64,000 nt of DNA from Carcharhinus longimanus (lineage: Eukaryota). Location: assembly GCA_030264375.1 (NCBI GenBank), contig JASCQW010000130.1, positions 28,800,067 to 28,864,066 of the forward strand, given 5' to 3'. Within the stretch, counting starts at the first letter, position 1, and each line of letters begins with the position of its first letter. This document shows positions 52,983 to 64,000 of the stretch, in pieces. The translations under genes were made by a program, and so were the position numbers. The notes under the pieces were generated by a model, which did no database searches, had not been told where the DNA came from, and saw only the letters and a list, made by a program, of their open reading frames with translations.

Positions 52983-53392
52983 TTAACACAGATATAAAAT
53001 AGCTGCCATGTCAAATGGTTGCCAGTCCTATCTAGAGGTATCATAAAGGAAGTAACTGACACCAGATTAAAGGAAGGGGCTTATAGTCCTCATAAGGGAT
53101 ATCAGAGAGGGGCACCTTCTCAAGAGTGAGGACGGAGAAGTGAAAAAAATACAGAAGGTGCTCCAAGTGCATCATTGTCAGGCACACACTCGGTACTATC
53201 CTCCAGAAGTTGGCAATGTTCCCCAACCCTTTCAATGACTGCCACAGGCAAAAGGATTTAACCCATGTCCTCAGAGCATTAGACTGGGCCTCTGGGTCAC
53301 TAATCAATTGACATTACCACTGCACTAGGTGGGAGACCTACAAACTGAAGATCTATATGCCTCATCATTGAATCTGACCAACAGCAACATAC

Positions 53393-53614
53393 CTCATCTC
53401 CCATGTGTGGCTGGAATTCAAACTTGGTGGGTGGGCAGAAGATTTGGTTGTACATGTCCATGACTTTGTGCTTGTCACTCCGTGCATCCAGGTTGTCCAC
53501 GGCATTTTCAATGATATCCAAGCCCTCGTGTCGAGATGTTTCAAGATTATACTCTGCCGAGAGGAATGTCCTGAAAGTGCGAGCCAGACTGGCATGGAAT
53601 CCCAAATCAGAACA
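53393..53614 (-). CDS. SRGAP3: SRGAP3-like exon (end of F-BAR domain), 222 nt, intact
   Basis: gtgtttttcccatag|TGT TCT GAT TTG GGA ... GAT GAG|gtatgt. Peptide CSDLGFHASLARTFRTFLSAEYNLETSRHEGLDIIENAVDNLDARSDKHKVMDMYNQIFCPPTKFEFQPHMGDE splices in frame to 48328-48429. Confidence 0.92.
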
Positions 53615-54039
53615 CTATGGGAAAAACACAGGAATGAATGAGCAGAGGAGGACACGGAGTATAGCGGTGAGTGTGAGGGAGGATTCAATTCTCTGAGTGT
53701 CAGAATAGAAGTGAGAGTGAAAGACTTCACTCAACTGAATGACCACGTCTGGCAGCAGGTGTACAATTACATTTGAACAGACTCAAAGGGAGGAATTCTA
53801 AGCACAAAGACAGGAGTGTTTGAGTCAAGTGGGGAATTTAAAGTGTTAAAAAATCACCAATGCCCATTTCTGGCTCAAATGAAGACAGGAGGATGAGCAA
53901 AGCTCCAATAAGGGAAATGGCACTTTAAATATTCTGACAAAGTTATAAACTGCATTGCTGTTCAACTTTTCAAATTTATCTATTGATGGCCAGGTTTCCT
54001 CAGCTTTGGAAAATGATAGTGACAGCCAGTCAAGGAGTA

Positions 54040-54895
54040 AATGTCTTTATTGTGAGGAGGATGCAAGAAGGCTTCAAGGTGATTTAGACAAGTTGAGTGA
54101 GTGGATAAACACATGGCAGAGGCAGTTCAATGTGGCTAAATGTGAAGTTGTACACTTCAGTGTGAAAAACAGAAAAGTATTATTTAAACGGTGACGTATT
54201 GGGAACTATGGATGTACAAAGGGATCTGGGTACACCAGTCAATGGAAGTGGAGAAGTAGATGCAGCAATAATTAGGAAGGCAAATTTTATACTGACCTTC
54301 ATTGCAAGAGGATTTGAGTTCAGAAGTAGAGATGTCTTACTGCAGTTAAACAATGCCTTGGTGAGACCACATTTGGATTACTGCAGTTTTCTTACTTAAG
54401 AAAGGATATATTTTCCATAGAGGGAGTGCAGAAGATAATACCAGGATTGGCAGGACTGTCCTATGAAGAGATCTTGGTTTGGTTGGGCCTGTATTCAGTC
54501 GAGTTTAAAAGGATGAGAGGAGATCTGCTTGAAACATATTAATTTTTAACATAGCTGGGCAGACTAGAAGAAGACAGGATGTTTTCCCTGGTTGGGGAAA
54601 CTAGAACCAGGGAACACAATCTCAGCATATGGGATAGACCATTTAGGACTGAGAAAAGGAAAGATTTCTTTGTTCAAAGGGTAGTGAATCTGTGGAACTG
54701 TCAACCACAGAAGGCTGTGGAGGCCAAGTCACTGAATGCATTCAAGAAAAAGATTATTTTTAAAGAATTTAATAGGATCAAAGGGTAATGGGAGAAAGCA
54801 GGAATATTGTATTGAAACTGAGGATCAGCCATGGTCATTGTGAATATCAGAGCAGGCTCAAAGGGTCAAATGGCCTACCCTGCTCCTATTTTCTA
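54040..54895 (+). mobile_element. Old CR1 LINE 3' fragment
   Basis: LQGDLDKLSEW..WQRQFNVAKCEVVHF, RDLG, LVRPHLDYC, TREHNL, QRVVNLWN. Confidence 0.85.
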
Positions 54896-55002
54896 CCTTT
54901 CCCTGCTCGATATGCTGTGCCTTTCTGGGATGGTCTGTGATCTCCTCTGCGCCTTACTGAACCCCCCCTCCCCCCATCCTTTGCCATCCTTCTGCCCTTA
55001 CA

Positions 55003-55545
55003 TCTTGGAATACCGTGTACAGTTCTGGTCACCCTATTACAGAAAGGTTATTACTAAACTAGAAAGAACGGAGAAACGATTTACTAGGATGCTACCGGTA
55101 CTTGATGGTTTGAGTTATAAGGAGAGGCTGGATAGACTGGGACTTTTTTCACTGGAGCGTAGGTGGCTAAGGGGTGATCTTATAGAGATCTATAAAATAA
55201 TGAGGGGCATAGATTTGCTAGATAGTCAATATCTTTTCCCAAATGTAGGGGAGTCTAAAACTAAAGGGCGTAGGTTTAAGGTGAGAGGGGAGAGATACAA
55301 AAAGGTCCAAAAGGGCAATTTTTTCACAGACAGTGGTGAGTTTCTGGAACAAGCTGCCAGAGGTAGTAGTAGAGACAGGTACAATTCTGTCTTTTAAAAA
55401 GCATTTAGACAGTTACAAGGGTAAGATGGATATAGAGGGATATGGGCCAAATGGGGGCGATTAGGACTAGCTTAGTGGTAAAAACAGGGTAGCATTGACA
55501 GATTGGGCCAAAGGGCCTGTTTCCATGCTGTAAACCTCTATGACT
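55003..55545 (+). mobile_element. Younger CR1 LINE 3' end
   Basis: LEYRVQFWSPYYRK..LGLFSLERRWLRGDLIEIYKIMRG; tail GGGCCAAAGGGCCTGTTTCCATGCTGTAAACCTCTATGACT. Confidence 0.9.
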
Positions 55546-58084
55546 CATCCATCATAGTTGTTTCAGAGAGATGTGACACTTTTTATGTCAGGAGGGAAGG
55601 TCACACTCTTGACATAAACATAAACAAAGAGAAGCAAGTGGTACGTGCAACTGGCTTTGACAAGATGGGGGGGGGGGGGTTTCCCTATTATGGAGGGTGT
55701 GACTTTGTGAACAAAATGTGTCAGATTTTATGGCCTTGCTCATCCCAAAACCATCAAATCCCACCCACGATCAACGGACCTTTCCATCATCCGATTCCCG
55801 TGGCAGGCGGGACAGTAAAATTCCAGCCAATAACTAAATGCTAAGATATACCATAACAGAAAGTCTGCCACTCACATCATGCTGGTTAATGTATGCTCTC
55901 CTAGTAACAGTCAAGATGCTTACATTCTTTGTCAGTCCAATGTTTGAATCTATTTGAATCATCAAATCAAATCAGAGGATGACTGCGACTATTAGTGATG
56001 AGGGCTATTCACTTCAAAGCTGGCTCATAACTTTGCCTGCAGTTTAACCACACGTGGCCAGCATGCATACCAGCAGTCTATGTGCCACACAAAACATTGT
56101 AGAGCACACCATCTGGGTGCTAAAGTAATGGTTTTGTTGCTCTAGAGGAACCCACCAGAGCATGCATCCAGATTTGTACTGTATTCCATAATCTGGCCAT
56201 TTTCATGGAACAGCCCTTACCAGGAATAAAGTGAATAGTTCAGGAACAGGAGGAAGGGAGAAGGCAATCGGCACCTCCTCTACAATTGAGCTAATCATGA
56301 TTGCCTCATTCGACCAATGTTCCGTTGAACACACCTACATGGTACAACAGTCACAAAGACCTTAACATCAGTCGGTTAAGAATCATCACCATGCCCTCTT
56401 GTTATTAAGGTTAAAATAAAAGTCACCAAAACCATCATTTCCAAATCAACTATATCCAATATTCCGTACCAAAAATCAGCCTTGTGCACTCTTTCAGTGC
56501 CTGTCATGCAAGTGTCTTTGCCTGACTAGTGCTCTGAAATATTGCCATGCCAGTGGCTGCAGTATAGCTGCTGGAAAACTGCTGACTTCAGTGGAATAGA
56601 CTGCAGGCTACTGTTGGGCAACTATGGGTCTGAAGAGCCCACCTTTAGACTGTACTACTTGGGCATGGGCAGTAGCAGCTTGGCTGGCAGGATGGCATGG
56701 TGGAAGCATGAAAACTATCATTTTGAGTGAGGACAAGAGACTTGAACTCCACTGAGTCCTGCTACTTCTCTCATCTAAGCATTCCTAGTAATCTGCTTAT
56801 GCACAGATTGCCGGACTGTTGTGAGATCCTGAAATCCTCTTTTGAACACGGGTATCTACAGCCATAATGGTAGTAGTCTGTCCTGCATGTCAGCCAACTG
56901 AGATTTCTTGATTTTAATCTAGGCCTCCACTGCAGAACCAAGATATTGGCTTCCATTGCAGCACAAGAAGAAGTCATCCGTCAACCATTAGGCATTGTAT
57001 CATGAGGTTGGCTACCATTTTCATGCTGGAAACAATAGCGTACAATCACTGTACAATGCCTTATGCCAAAATGGAGCCTGACATCTCCATGCTCCTTGAC
57101 AGTGATATGATATACCTGACAGATCTACCAATGCACCAAGCATTTGAATGAGCATGCCAACCAGCCTTTCTCAGTAGCCTACCCCACTGAAGTCCTCATC
57201 TGAGTCCTCTGTAGCAAAACTCAAGTGTGACTTTGATGCTACTGCCTGCACAATCCTTTCTCCCCACTCTAGTAGTAGTCTGCACATGCCCAGTGACTCA
57301 CTATGTGCAGTTCCCACCTCTGTGCTACCCTGTAAAATATATGCAGTGCCAGTTTCTGAGCTGTTTTGCTGCTAGTGAGAGATCAAGCAATGGTACTTTT
57401 TTTCTTCATTCATTTATGGCTTCCCATGGACTTCCGACTCCTGCTTGACGAGGTGGAAGTTCTTGGGTATCTGAACAAGTAAGGGCCAAAATTTTTTGAG
57501 CCTTTCCACTGGTGGGATCTTCTAGTCGATCATTGACAATGCCCCAGTGTTGCAGTTCCATGTGGCAGAGAGTGCAGGGCAGGCAAAAGCCTGTAGTCAT
57601 CGGCAGAACTGAAAGATTCCATCACAGGGGAGTAGAAAATCCTACCTAAAGTCACAACAATAAGGTTGTGATGGGAGAAAAGTGAGGTGGACAAGGTAAC
57701 TAACTTGTAAGGGATTATGGGATAAAGGGGAAATGTGATGTGAGGCAGTGGTGGTAGGAATATTTGGCATTTCTACACAGTTCTGGCATTGTCCATGGGC
57801 TCAGTTATAGCCGCTCCAGTGATGCCCACCTTTTGATTAATTGTGCCTATCCTTTAGCAGTTATATTTTTCTGTCTCCAATTGTGGACTATAGTCAGAAT
57901 GTGATGCAATGTATTTGGCTGATATATTTGTTATACCTGAATAGCTGGCAAAAATGTGAGATTTTTAGCAGTTGGGTTTGAGGCCAGTGACACAGCCAAA
58001 TATAGATATGAGACATGCTTGATAGCGACTGTTGATAAGCAAATAAGGGGGATATGTGAACAGAGGAGATGGTTCCTGGGGAAG

Positions 58085-58290
58085 AATTTGCTAACCCTGA
58101 CCACTGTATGAGGTCATTGATTTTTTTGTGAGACTGTATCTGGTACTGTTGGCATTCACTGTGACAGCTGTCTTTTCCCAGTGCGTTTTGCCCTAAGAGA
58201 AAACCTTTCTTCTCCTGTCCATTTCTTGCACCAAGACCGCTAGTGTTGCATTAGAGAATGTTGCAGTATGCTCTCTGCCCTGTCAAACTA
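58085..58290 (-). mobile_element. Harbinger-associated Myb/SANT-like gene remnant
   Basis: GREHTATFSNATLAVLVQEMDRRRKV..WEKTAVTVNANS..KKINDL trihelix-like pattern. Confidence 0.6.
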
Positions 58291-58880
58291 CTTCCACTCC
58301 TCTTTCTGCTCATAAACTCTTTAACCATTTTCAGCAACTGCTCCAGTGAAACTGCATCTTGTCTTAAGGAATTGCAGGCAGGCTTTAAGTGTTTCTAGCC
58401 TTGCACAGACTTGGGCCTCTAGCTGAGACAAGCAGCCACTCAGCAGCACATGCAATGCTGGATTGCATGCCATCATCATTGAAATTAGCAAGCATTGAAT
58501 GCAGGTTAGTTACACACCATGAACACTATGCTCATTTTCCTGCCTTATTCAAGGTTCTTTCCTGAACTAGGACGGTACCTTAAATAAAGAAAATTGTTAG
58601 TATCGTATATCAACAGAGGAAATCATTATGAAAGACAACTGCAAAAGAAGCAGTTCTCATGATTTTTATGCAGAAGAAGTTGAATTTATGTAGCATATAT
58701 CATGACTTCAAGACATTCCACGTCTTTCACACCAATTAAATCATTTAGAAATTCATCACTGTATATATGTGGGAGATGCAACAGCCGATTTGTGTACAAG
58801 GTCCTGTGAATAGCAATTAAATTAATGATCAAACAACCTGATGTTGATGGCTGTTGTTAAGGGATAAATGTTGGTCGGTT

Positions 58881-60863
58881 GGTTAAAGTGCAACAGGTTT
58901 ATTTGGAATCACAAGCTTTTGGAGCGCTGCTCCTTCATCAGCTGAGTGCAGGTTAGTCCACAAACACAGCATATATAGGCAAAAACACAATTGCAAGATA
59001 ATTACAGATTGGAATGTGAAGAATGGTTAAAATGTGAGTCTTTACGGTAATCAAGTCTTTACAGGCACAACTAGTGTGCTTGGAGAAAGGAATAATCACA
59101 GGTTAAAGAGGTGTGAATTGTTTCAAGCCAGGATAGTTCATAGGATTTTGCAAACCCAGGCAGTATGGTGGGGCTATAAGTAGTGTGACATGAACCGGAG
59201 ATCCCGGTTCAGGCCGACCTCATGCATGTGAAATAACAATGGCATTGCTGCAACAGTCTTAGTATTCAACACTGACGACTGCCAATCTCCAGATGCAATT
59301 CCACAATTCATCCGCTTCATCCTGGACCACGACATCTTCACCTTCAACAACCAGTTCTTCAGTAAGACACATGGAACAGCCATAGGGACCAAATTTGCAC
59401 CTTAATACGTCCACATCTTTATGCACAAGTTCGAGCAAGACCTCTTCACCGCACAGGACCTTCAACTGACACTATACACCAAATACATTGATGATATTTT
59501 CTTCCTTTCACGTGAAGAATCGCTGAAAAGACTACATGATGATGTCAACGTTCCATCTCACCATGGACTACACTTCAGAATCGGTTGCATTCTTGGACAA
59601 ATGCAGCTCCATCAAGGACGGACACTTTAGCACTTCACTGCACCACAAGCCCACGGATAACTTCATGATGCTTCACTTCCCCAGCTTCCACCCTAAACAC
59701 ATTAAAGAAGCCATGCCCTATGGGCAAGCCCTCCATATACACAGGATCTGCTCAGATGAGGAGGAACACAACAGACAGCTACAGATGCTGAAAGACGCCC
59801 TCGTAAGAACAGGATATGGCTCTCGACTCATACATTGACAATTCCAACACACCATGGCGAAAAACTGCACTGACCTCCTTAGACGACAAACATGGGACAT
59901 GACTGACAGAGTACCCTTCATCATCCAGTATTTCCCCAGAGCGGAGGAACTACGACATCTTCTTTGAAGCCTTCAACATGTCATCAATGATGATGAACAT
60001 CTCGCCAAGGACATTCCCACACCCCCACTACTTGCCTTCAAACAACCGCCCAACCTCAAACAGACCATTGTTCGCAGCAAATTACTCAGCCTTCAGAACA
60101 GCGACCATGACATCACACAACACTGCCATGGCAAGACGTGCCACATCATCGACATGGATACCACCATCACATGTGAGAACACCACCCACCAGGTACACAA
60201 TACATACTCATGTGACTCAGCCAACATTGTCTACCTTATAAGCTGCAGGAAAGGATATCCTGAGGCATAGTACAAGGGTGAGACCATGCAGACACTACAA
60301 CAACGGATGAACGGACACCGCCCAACAATCACCAGGCAGAAGTATTCCCTTCCAGTCAGGAGTACTTCAGCAGTCAAAGGCATTCAGCCTCCGTTCTCCA
60401 GGCAGCCTTCAAGACACACAACAATGCAGAACTGCCAAGCAGAAAGTGATGGCCAAATTCCACATGCATGAGAGATCTTGGGTTCATGTCACACTACTTG
60501 TAACCCTCATCATACTGCCTGGGTTTGCAAAATCCTACGAACTGTCCTGGCTTGAGACAATTCACATCTCTTTAACCTGTGATTATCCCTCTCTCCATAC
60601 ACATTGTTTGTACCTGTAAAGACTTGATTACCTGTAACGACTCACGTTCCAACCATTCTTCACATTCCAATCTGTAATTATCTTGCAATTGCAATAGGGT
60701 CTTTGCCTATATATGTTGTATTTATGAAGTACCTCCACTCGCTTGATGAAGGAGCAGTGCTCCAAAAGCTCGTGATTACAAATAAACTTGTTGGATTTTA
60801 ACCTGGTGTTGTGAGACTTCTTATTGTGCCCATCCTAGTCCAACATTGCCATCTCCACCTCAT
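58881..60863 (+). mobile_element. Penelope-like retroelement (RT C-half and GIY-YIG endonuclease) bracketed by inverted pLTRs
   Basis: GTAIGTKFAP, YTKYIDDIFF, HKPTDN..SFHPKHIK.AMPYGQALHIHRICS, CHGKTCH, YSCDSANIVYLISC. 58881-59215 is the reverse complement of ~60472-60805. Several stops and frameshifts. Confidence 0.9.
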
Positions 60864-61289
60864 AAATTATTTACTCCAGAGTCTGGATCAGTGTTTAAGC
60901 ATATGCACCTTCCAATTCAGAGTTGAAGTAGCTACCTCCAGACAACATACTTTTCTCATGCTAAGACAAATGACTATGGCTTCTGTGAGGAAAACATAGC
61001 AAATCATTTTTCCAATCTATGCTTTTGTGTTGTGATCTCTTTCTATGTGTAAGTACCTAGCGCCACCTACAGTTGAAAATAATGTTACTGATAACATACC
61101 TTAAAAGAATTTTAATGCAGTTTGAAATGGCATGCACTCAAATGGGATATTCCTCAGTAGCAATTGCTAGCTGACTTTCCCCATGACTTTTTCCTTTCTC
61201 CTCTATCAATCTTCCCACCACATCTCCATCGTCCCATCCAAAAATGGCTGAATTTTCTGTTCTATTTTGTGAGTAGATTTTTGCCGACA

Positions 61290-61570
61290 ATTTTTTTGTC
61301 TTTCTTCTCATCATCTTCGCATGCCCCTTCTTCCTTCCTTCTTTGATCCTCCTTTCTTCCTTAGCCTTTCCTCTTATCTCTTCCCTGCCATCACACTCCT
61401 CCTGTTTCCTCCCTTAACCTTTATCCTTCCACCTCCTGGTTTCCTTTTCCTATATTTCTGTCTGTATTCCTGTCACCTATTTATTGCTCCACTACTTCTC
61501 TGCTTCCCGTAATCCTGCGTGCTCCTTAATTCTCCTCCTATCATCCCCCAACTTTTGCCTCTCCTTCCAT
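61290..61570. repeat. Polypyrimidine low-complexity tract
   Basis: Strongly C/T-rich composition. Confidence 0.7.
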
Positions 61571-61959
61571 GGTCCAATTGCCCATCTATTTTTATGGTAC
61601 CTTTTTTAGCTCTCCATTTGATGTAAGCAGAAGGTATTCTTAAGAGGATTGCTCAAAGGCACCTCTATCCCAACACAGGTGTTCACTGACATGTCATCTA
61701 TGTGAAGATTCTTGGCTCAGGCTTCCCAAATTCACAACCCTGTTGCTATCACCATTACCACATAATAAGCAAATGGACCCTGATAAGAGCCTGTACGTAA
61801 TACAGGACCTTGGGGAACTGTCATTGTCCAAAAGGTCTTGACAGGGCTGGTGATCAGATTTTGGTATGTACCTAACCACAATGACCAAGACCACCTTGCT
61901 GCTGCAGCTTTCTTCCACTTTTGCAGCTGGTGAAATGCATAGCTTTTTTTCACCTATAT

Positions 61960-62200
61960 TTGTACTTGATCCCATTTTCTCAGCTCTCAAATGGCCAACT
62001 TTCTGGGGAGGACAAAGAAAATGCTTCAAAGATGCTCTCAAACTCTACTTGAGTATCTGCCATTAATGACTAGGAGAATCTTGCTATCAAATGTTCAAAA
62101 TTGAAACTTGTTTAGCAAACTGCATCATGCTTTGAGTCATAATGTCATAATGATGAGGCAGAGCCGAGGAGGAAAAGAAAGAACAGGAAGAAAATCCTTG
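61960..62200 (+). mobile_element. RTE-clade LINE 3' fragment
   Basis: GGQRKCFKDALK is typical of the RTE ORF C-terminus (GGQ.KR.KD.LK). Confidence 0.55.
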
Positions 62201-62808
62201 GCATCAATCCCACTATCTCACTGGANNNNNNNNNNNNNNNNNNNNNNNNNNNNNNNNNNNNNNNNNNNNNNNNNNNNNNNNNNNNNNNNNNNNNNNNNNN
62301 NNNNNNNNNNNNNNNNNNNNNNNNNTCACTGGACATCCTGCCCCATGTCCCCAAAGATCCATGGGTGGAAAATCGGCCTGTTAAGTCTTAAGATGCATGA
62401 AGAATATTCACAGTAAACATCATCTCCAAGCAAGGGATGGCTGGCATCATCGCAAAGGGCTCCACTGCTTCTCCATTTCATGCTTATTGCTTTTTCCCTC
62501 CTACCGCCTCCCAGCTTTATCCTCTCTTGCCTTGGTCCAAATACCAATCCTCTAAAACTGCTTGACTTGAAAGTGCTCTAGATCTTGACCAATGTTAAAT
62601 CTATTGTGCAAGATACTCATATAGATATTGACTCCTTGAAATTACAACGTATGGAGCTACACAAAGCAATTAAAGGAGGTCACATACTTAACAAAATTGC
62701 ATTCAAAAAATAGTGAGAAGGAACGTTGGTCTTGAGTTCCTATGCACAACAGCACAGAAGATTGATTATTGATATAAAAGGCTTAACATAATTTTGTTAT
62801 TTCCACAG

Positions 62809-62964
62809 GCCTGGTGAAAGTTCCCGTCGATATTCCTGCTGAAGTTCTGGAAATTGATCTCTCTAGAAACAAAATCAGCCAACTGACAGCCAAAAACTTC
62901 TTGAAATTCAATCAATTAGAAACATTAAACCTCAGCAACAATATAATAGGATACATAAACCCTG
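62809..62964 (+). CDS. LRRC17: LRRC17 second coding exon, 156 nt
   Basis: ttatttccacag|GC CTG GTG AAA ... AAC CCT G|gtaaga. (G)LVKVPVDIPAEVLEIDLSRNKISQLTAKNFLKFNQLETLNLSNNIIGYINP; phase 1 matches the exon ending at 40731. Confidence 0.92.
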
Positions 62965-63170
62965 GTAAGAACATTTCCATGTGTTTTAACATGCAATTGT
63001 TTTAATCTAGCTTTAAAGCAACTAGAGATCAAGCTACATAGTTTGCAAACAGCTGAATCCCTATAATATTCAGAAAATGAATTTGCAGATAAATATCCAA
63101 GTATTTTGCAAGAAACAATTTTCATTCTGCACAAGGTCTTTCAAATACCCTACACTGATTCAGAACGACC

Positions 63171-63294
63171 ATTCTCTTGACAAGTTTTGAAAATTTTTAA
63201 GATAGTTAAGTGAGTCAAAGGTTATTGGGGGTATTCTCTTGACAAGTTTTGAAAATTTTTAAGATAGTTAAGTGAGTCAAAGGTTATTGGGGGT
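63171..63294. repeat. Perfect 62-bp tandem duplication at the start of a CR1 3' tail
   Basis: 63171-63232 is identical to 63233-63294. Confidence 0.9.
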
Positions 63295-63947
63295 AAACAG
63301 AATGCAGAGTTACAATCAGATCAGTCATGATCTTATTGAATGATGGAGATGCTCAAGGGGCCAAATTGCCTAATCGTATTCCTAATTCATATACTACTAT
63401 GTTTATGAAAACTGCATAAATCTGATTTAAAAGAAACTGAAAACAATTGTTTTGACAAAAGCAAAACTACTGTGGATGCTGTAAATCTGAAATAAAAATT
63501 GAAAATGCTGGAATTATTCCACAGGTCTAGCGGCATCTGTGGAAAGAGAAACGGAATTAACATTCCAGGTTTGTGACCTTTCATTAGAACTGTTGTGACA
63601 GACCTGAAATATTAACTCTTGCTTTTCTCAGCACAATAATTTTAATCAACTAGTAGACTTTGTACCAAGCGGGGCTGTTCTTAAAAAAGTGCAGAACTTT
63701 TTTCCTATTAGATGTGGCTAACAACACAGGAGCAGAAATAGGCCATTTGGTCCTTTAAAGCCTTTTCTGCCATGGCTGATCTGTGATCTGAATCCATATA
63801 CTTGCCAAATCTGCCAATCTTAGTTTTAAAATTGACAATTGATTCAGCATGCTGAAGGGAATTCCAAAATTCTACCACCATCCCTCCTTGTAATTTAACC
63901 CTTGGAGCTGAGGTATCATTTCAAAAAGGCTGTGTTTGCTGCCAATA

Positions 63948-64000
63948 CAGTAAGGAGTCTCACAACACCAGGTTAAAGTCCAGCAGGTTTATTTGGTAGC
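63948..64000 (-). mobile_element. Start of another Penelope pLTR (cut by the window edge)
   Basis: CAGTAAGGAGTCTCACAACACCAGGTTAAAGTCCAGCAGGTTTATTTGGTAGC is the reverse complement of the pLTR at 936-988. Confidence 0.8.

Noticed and set aside
53300-53605. Stand-alone 101-aa gene as listed in the ORF track
   Set aside because: The start is a TTG inside an internal exon, and similarity ends at the splice donor (53392).
48328-53614. SRGAP3 processed pseudogene
   Set aside because: The exons are separated by a ~5-kb intron with intact splice sites, and there is no polyA or exon-exon junction.
61164-61512. Hydrophobic, membrane-protein-like ORFs
   Set aside because: They result from a polypyrimidine low-complexity tract.

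Overview
Repeat-rich vertebrate genomic DNA, most likely from a cartilaginous fish (shark): it carries HE1/V-SINE-like SINEs, CR1 LINEs, Penelope-like elements, Harbinger transposons and Gypsy LTRs. The window lies inside FBXL13 (minus strand; three coding exons at 37562-37614, 33760-33860 and 32321-32450). LRRC17 is nested antisense in it (plus strand; coding exons 39981-40731 and 62809-62964). The most unexpected signal is a pair of intact, consecutive SRGAP3 exons (53393-53614 and 48328-48429, minus strand) joined by their own ~5-kb intron, inside the intron shared by LRRC17 and FBXL13. The block starts right after an N-gap and sits between what look like two halves of one CR1, so it is either a mis-join or a recent partial duplication. 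Other notable items are minimal hammerhead-ribozyme motifs in the Penelope pLTRs, a tiny Penelope hairpin insertion that begins close to the predicted cleavage site, a likely LRRC17 first exon overlapping an FBXL13 coding exon, and a 56-bp inverted local copy inside an L1 ORF2. Gene and repeat identities come from recalled family sequences, not database searches, and repeat boundaries are approximate.
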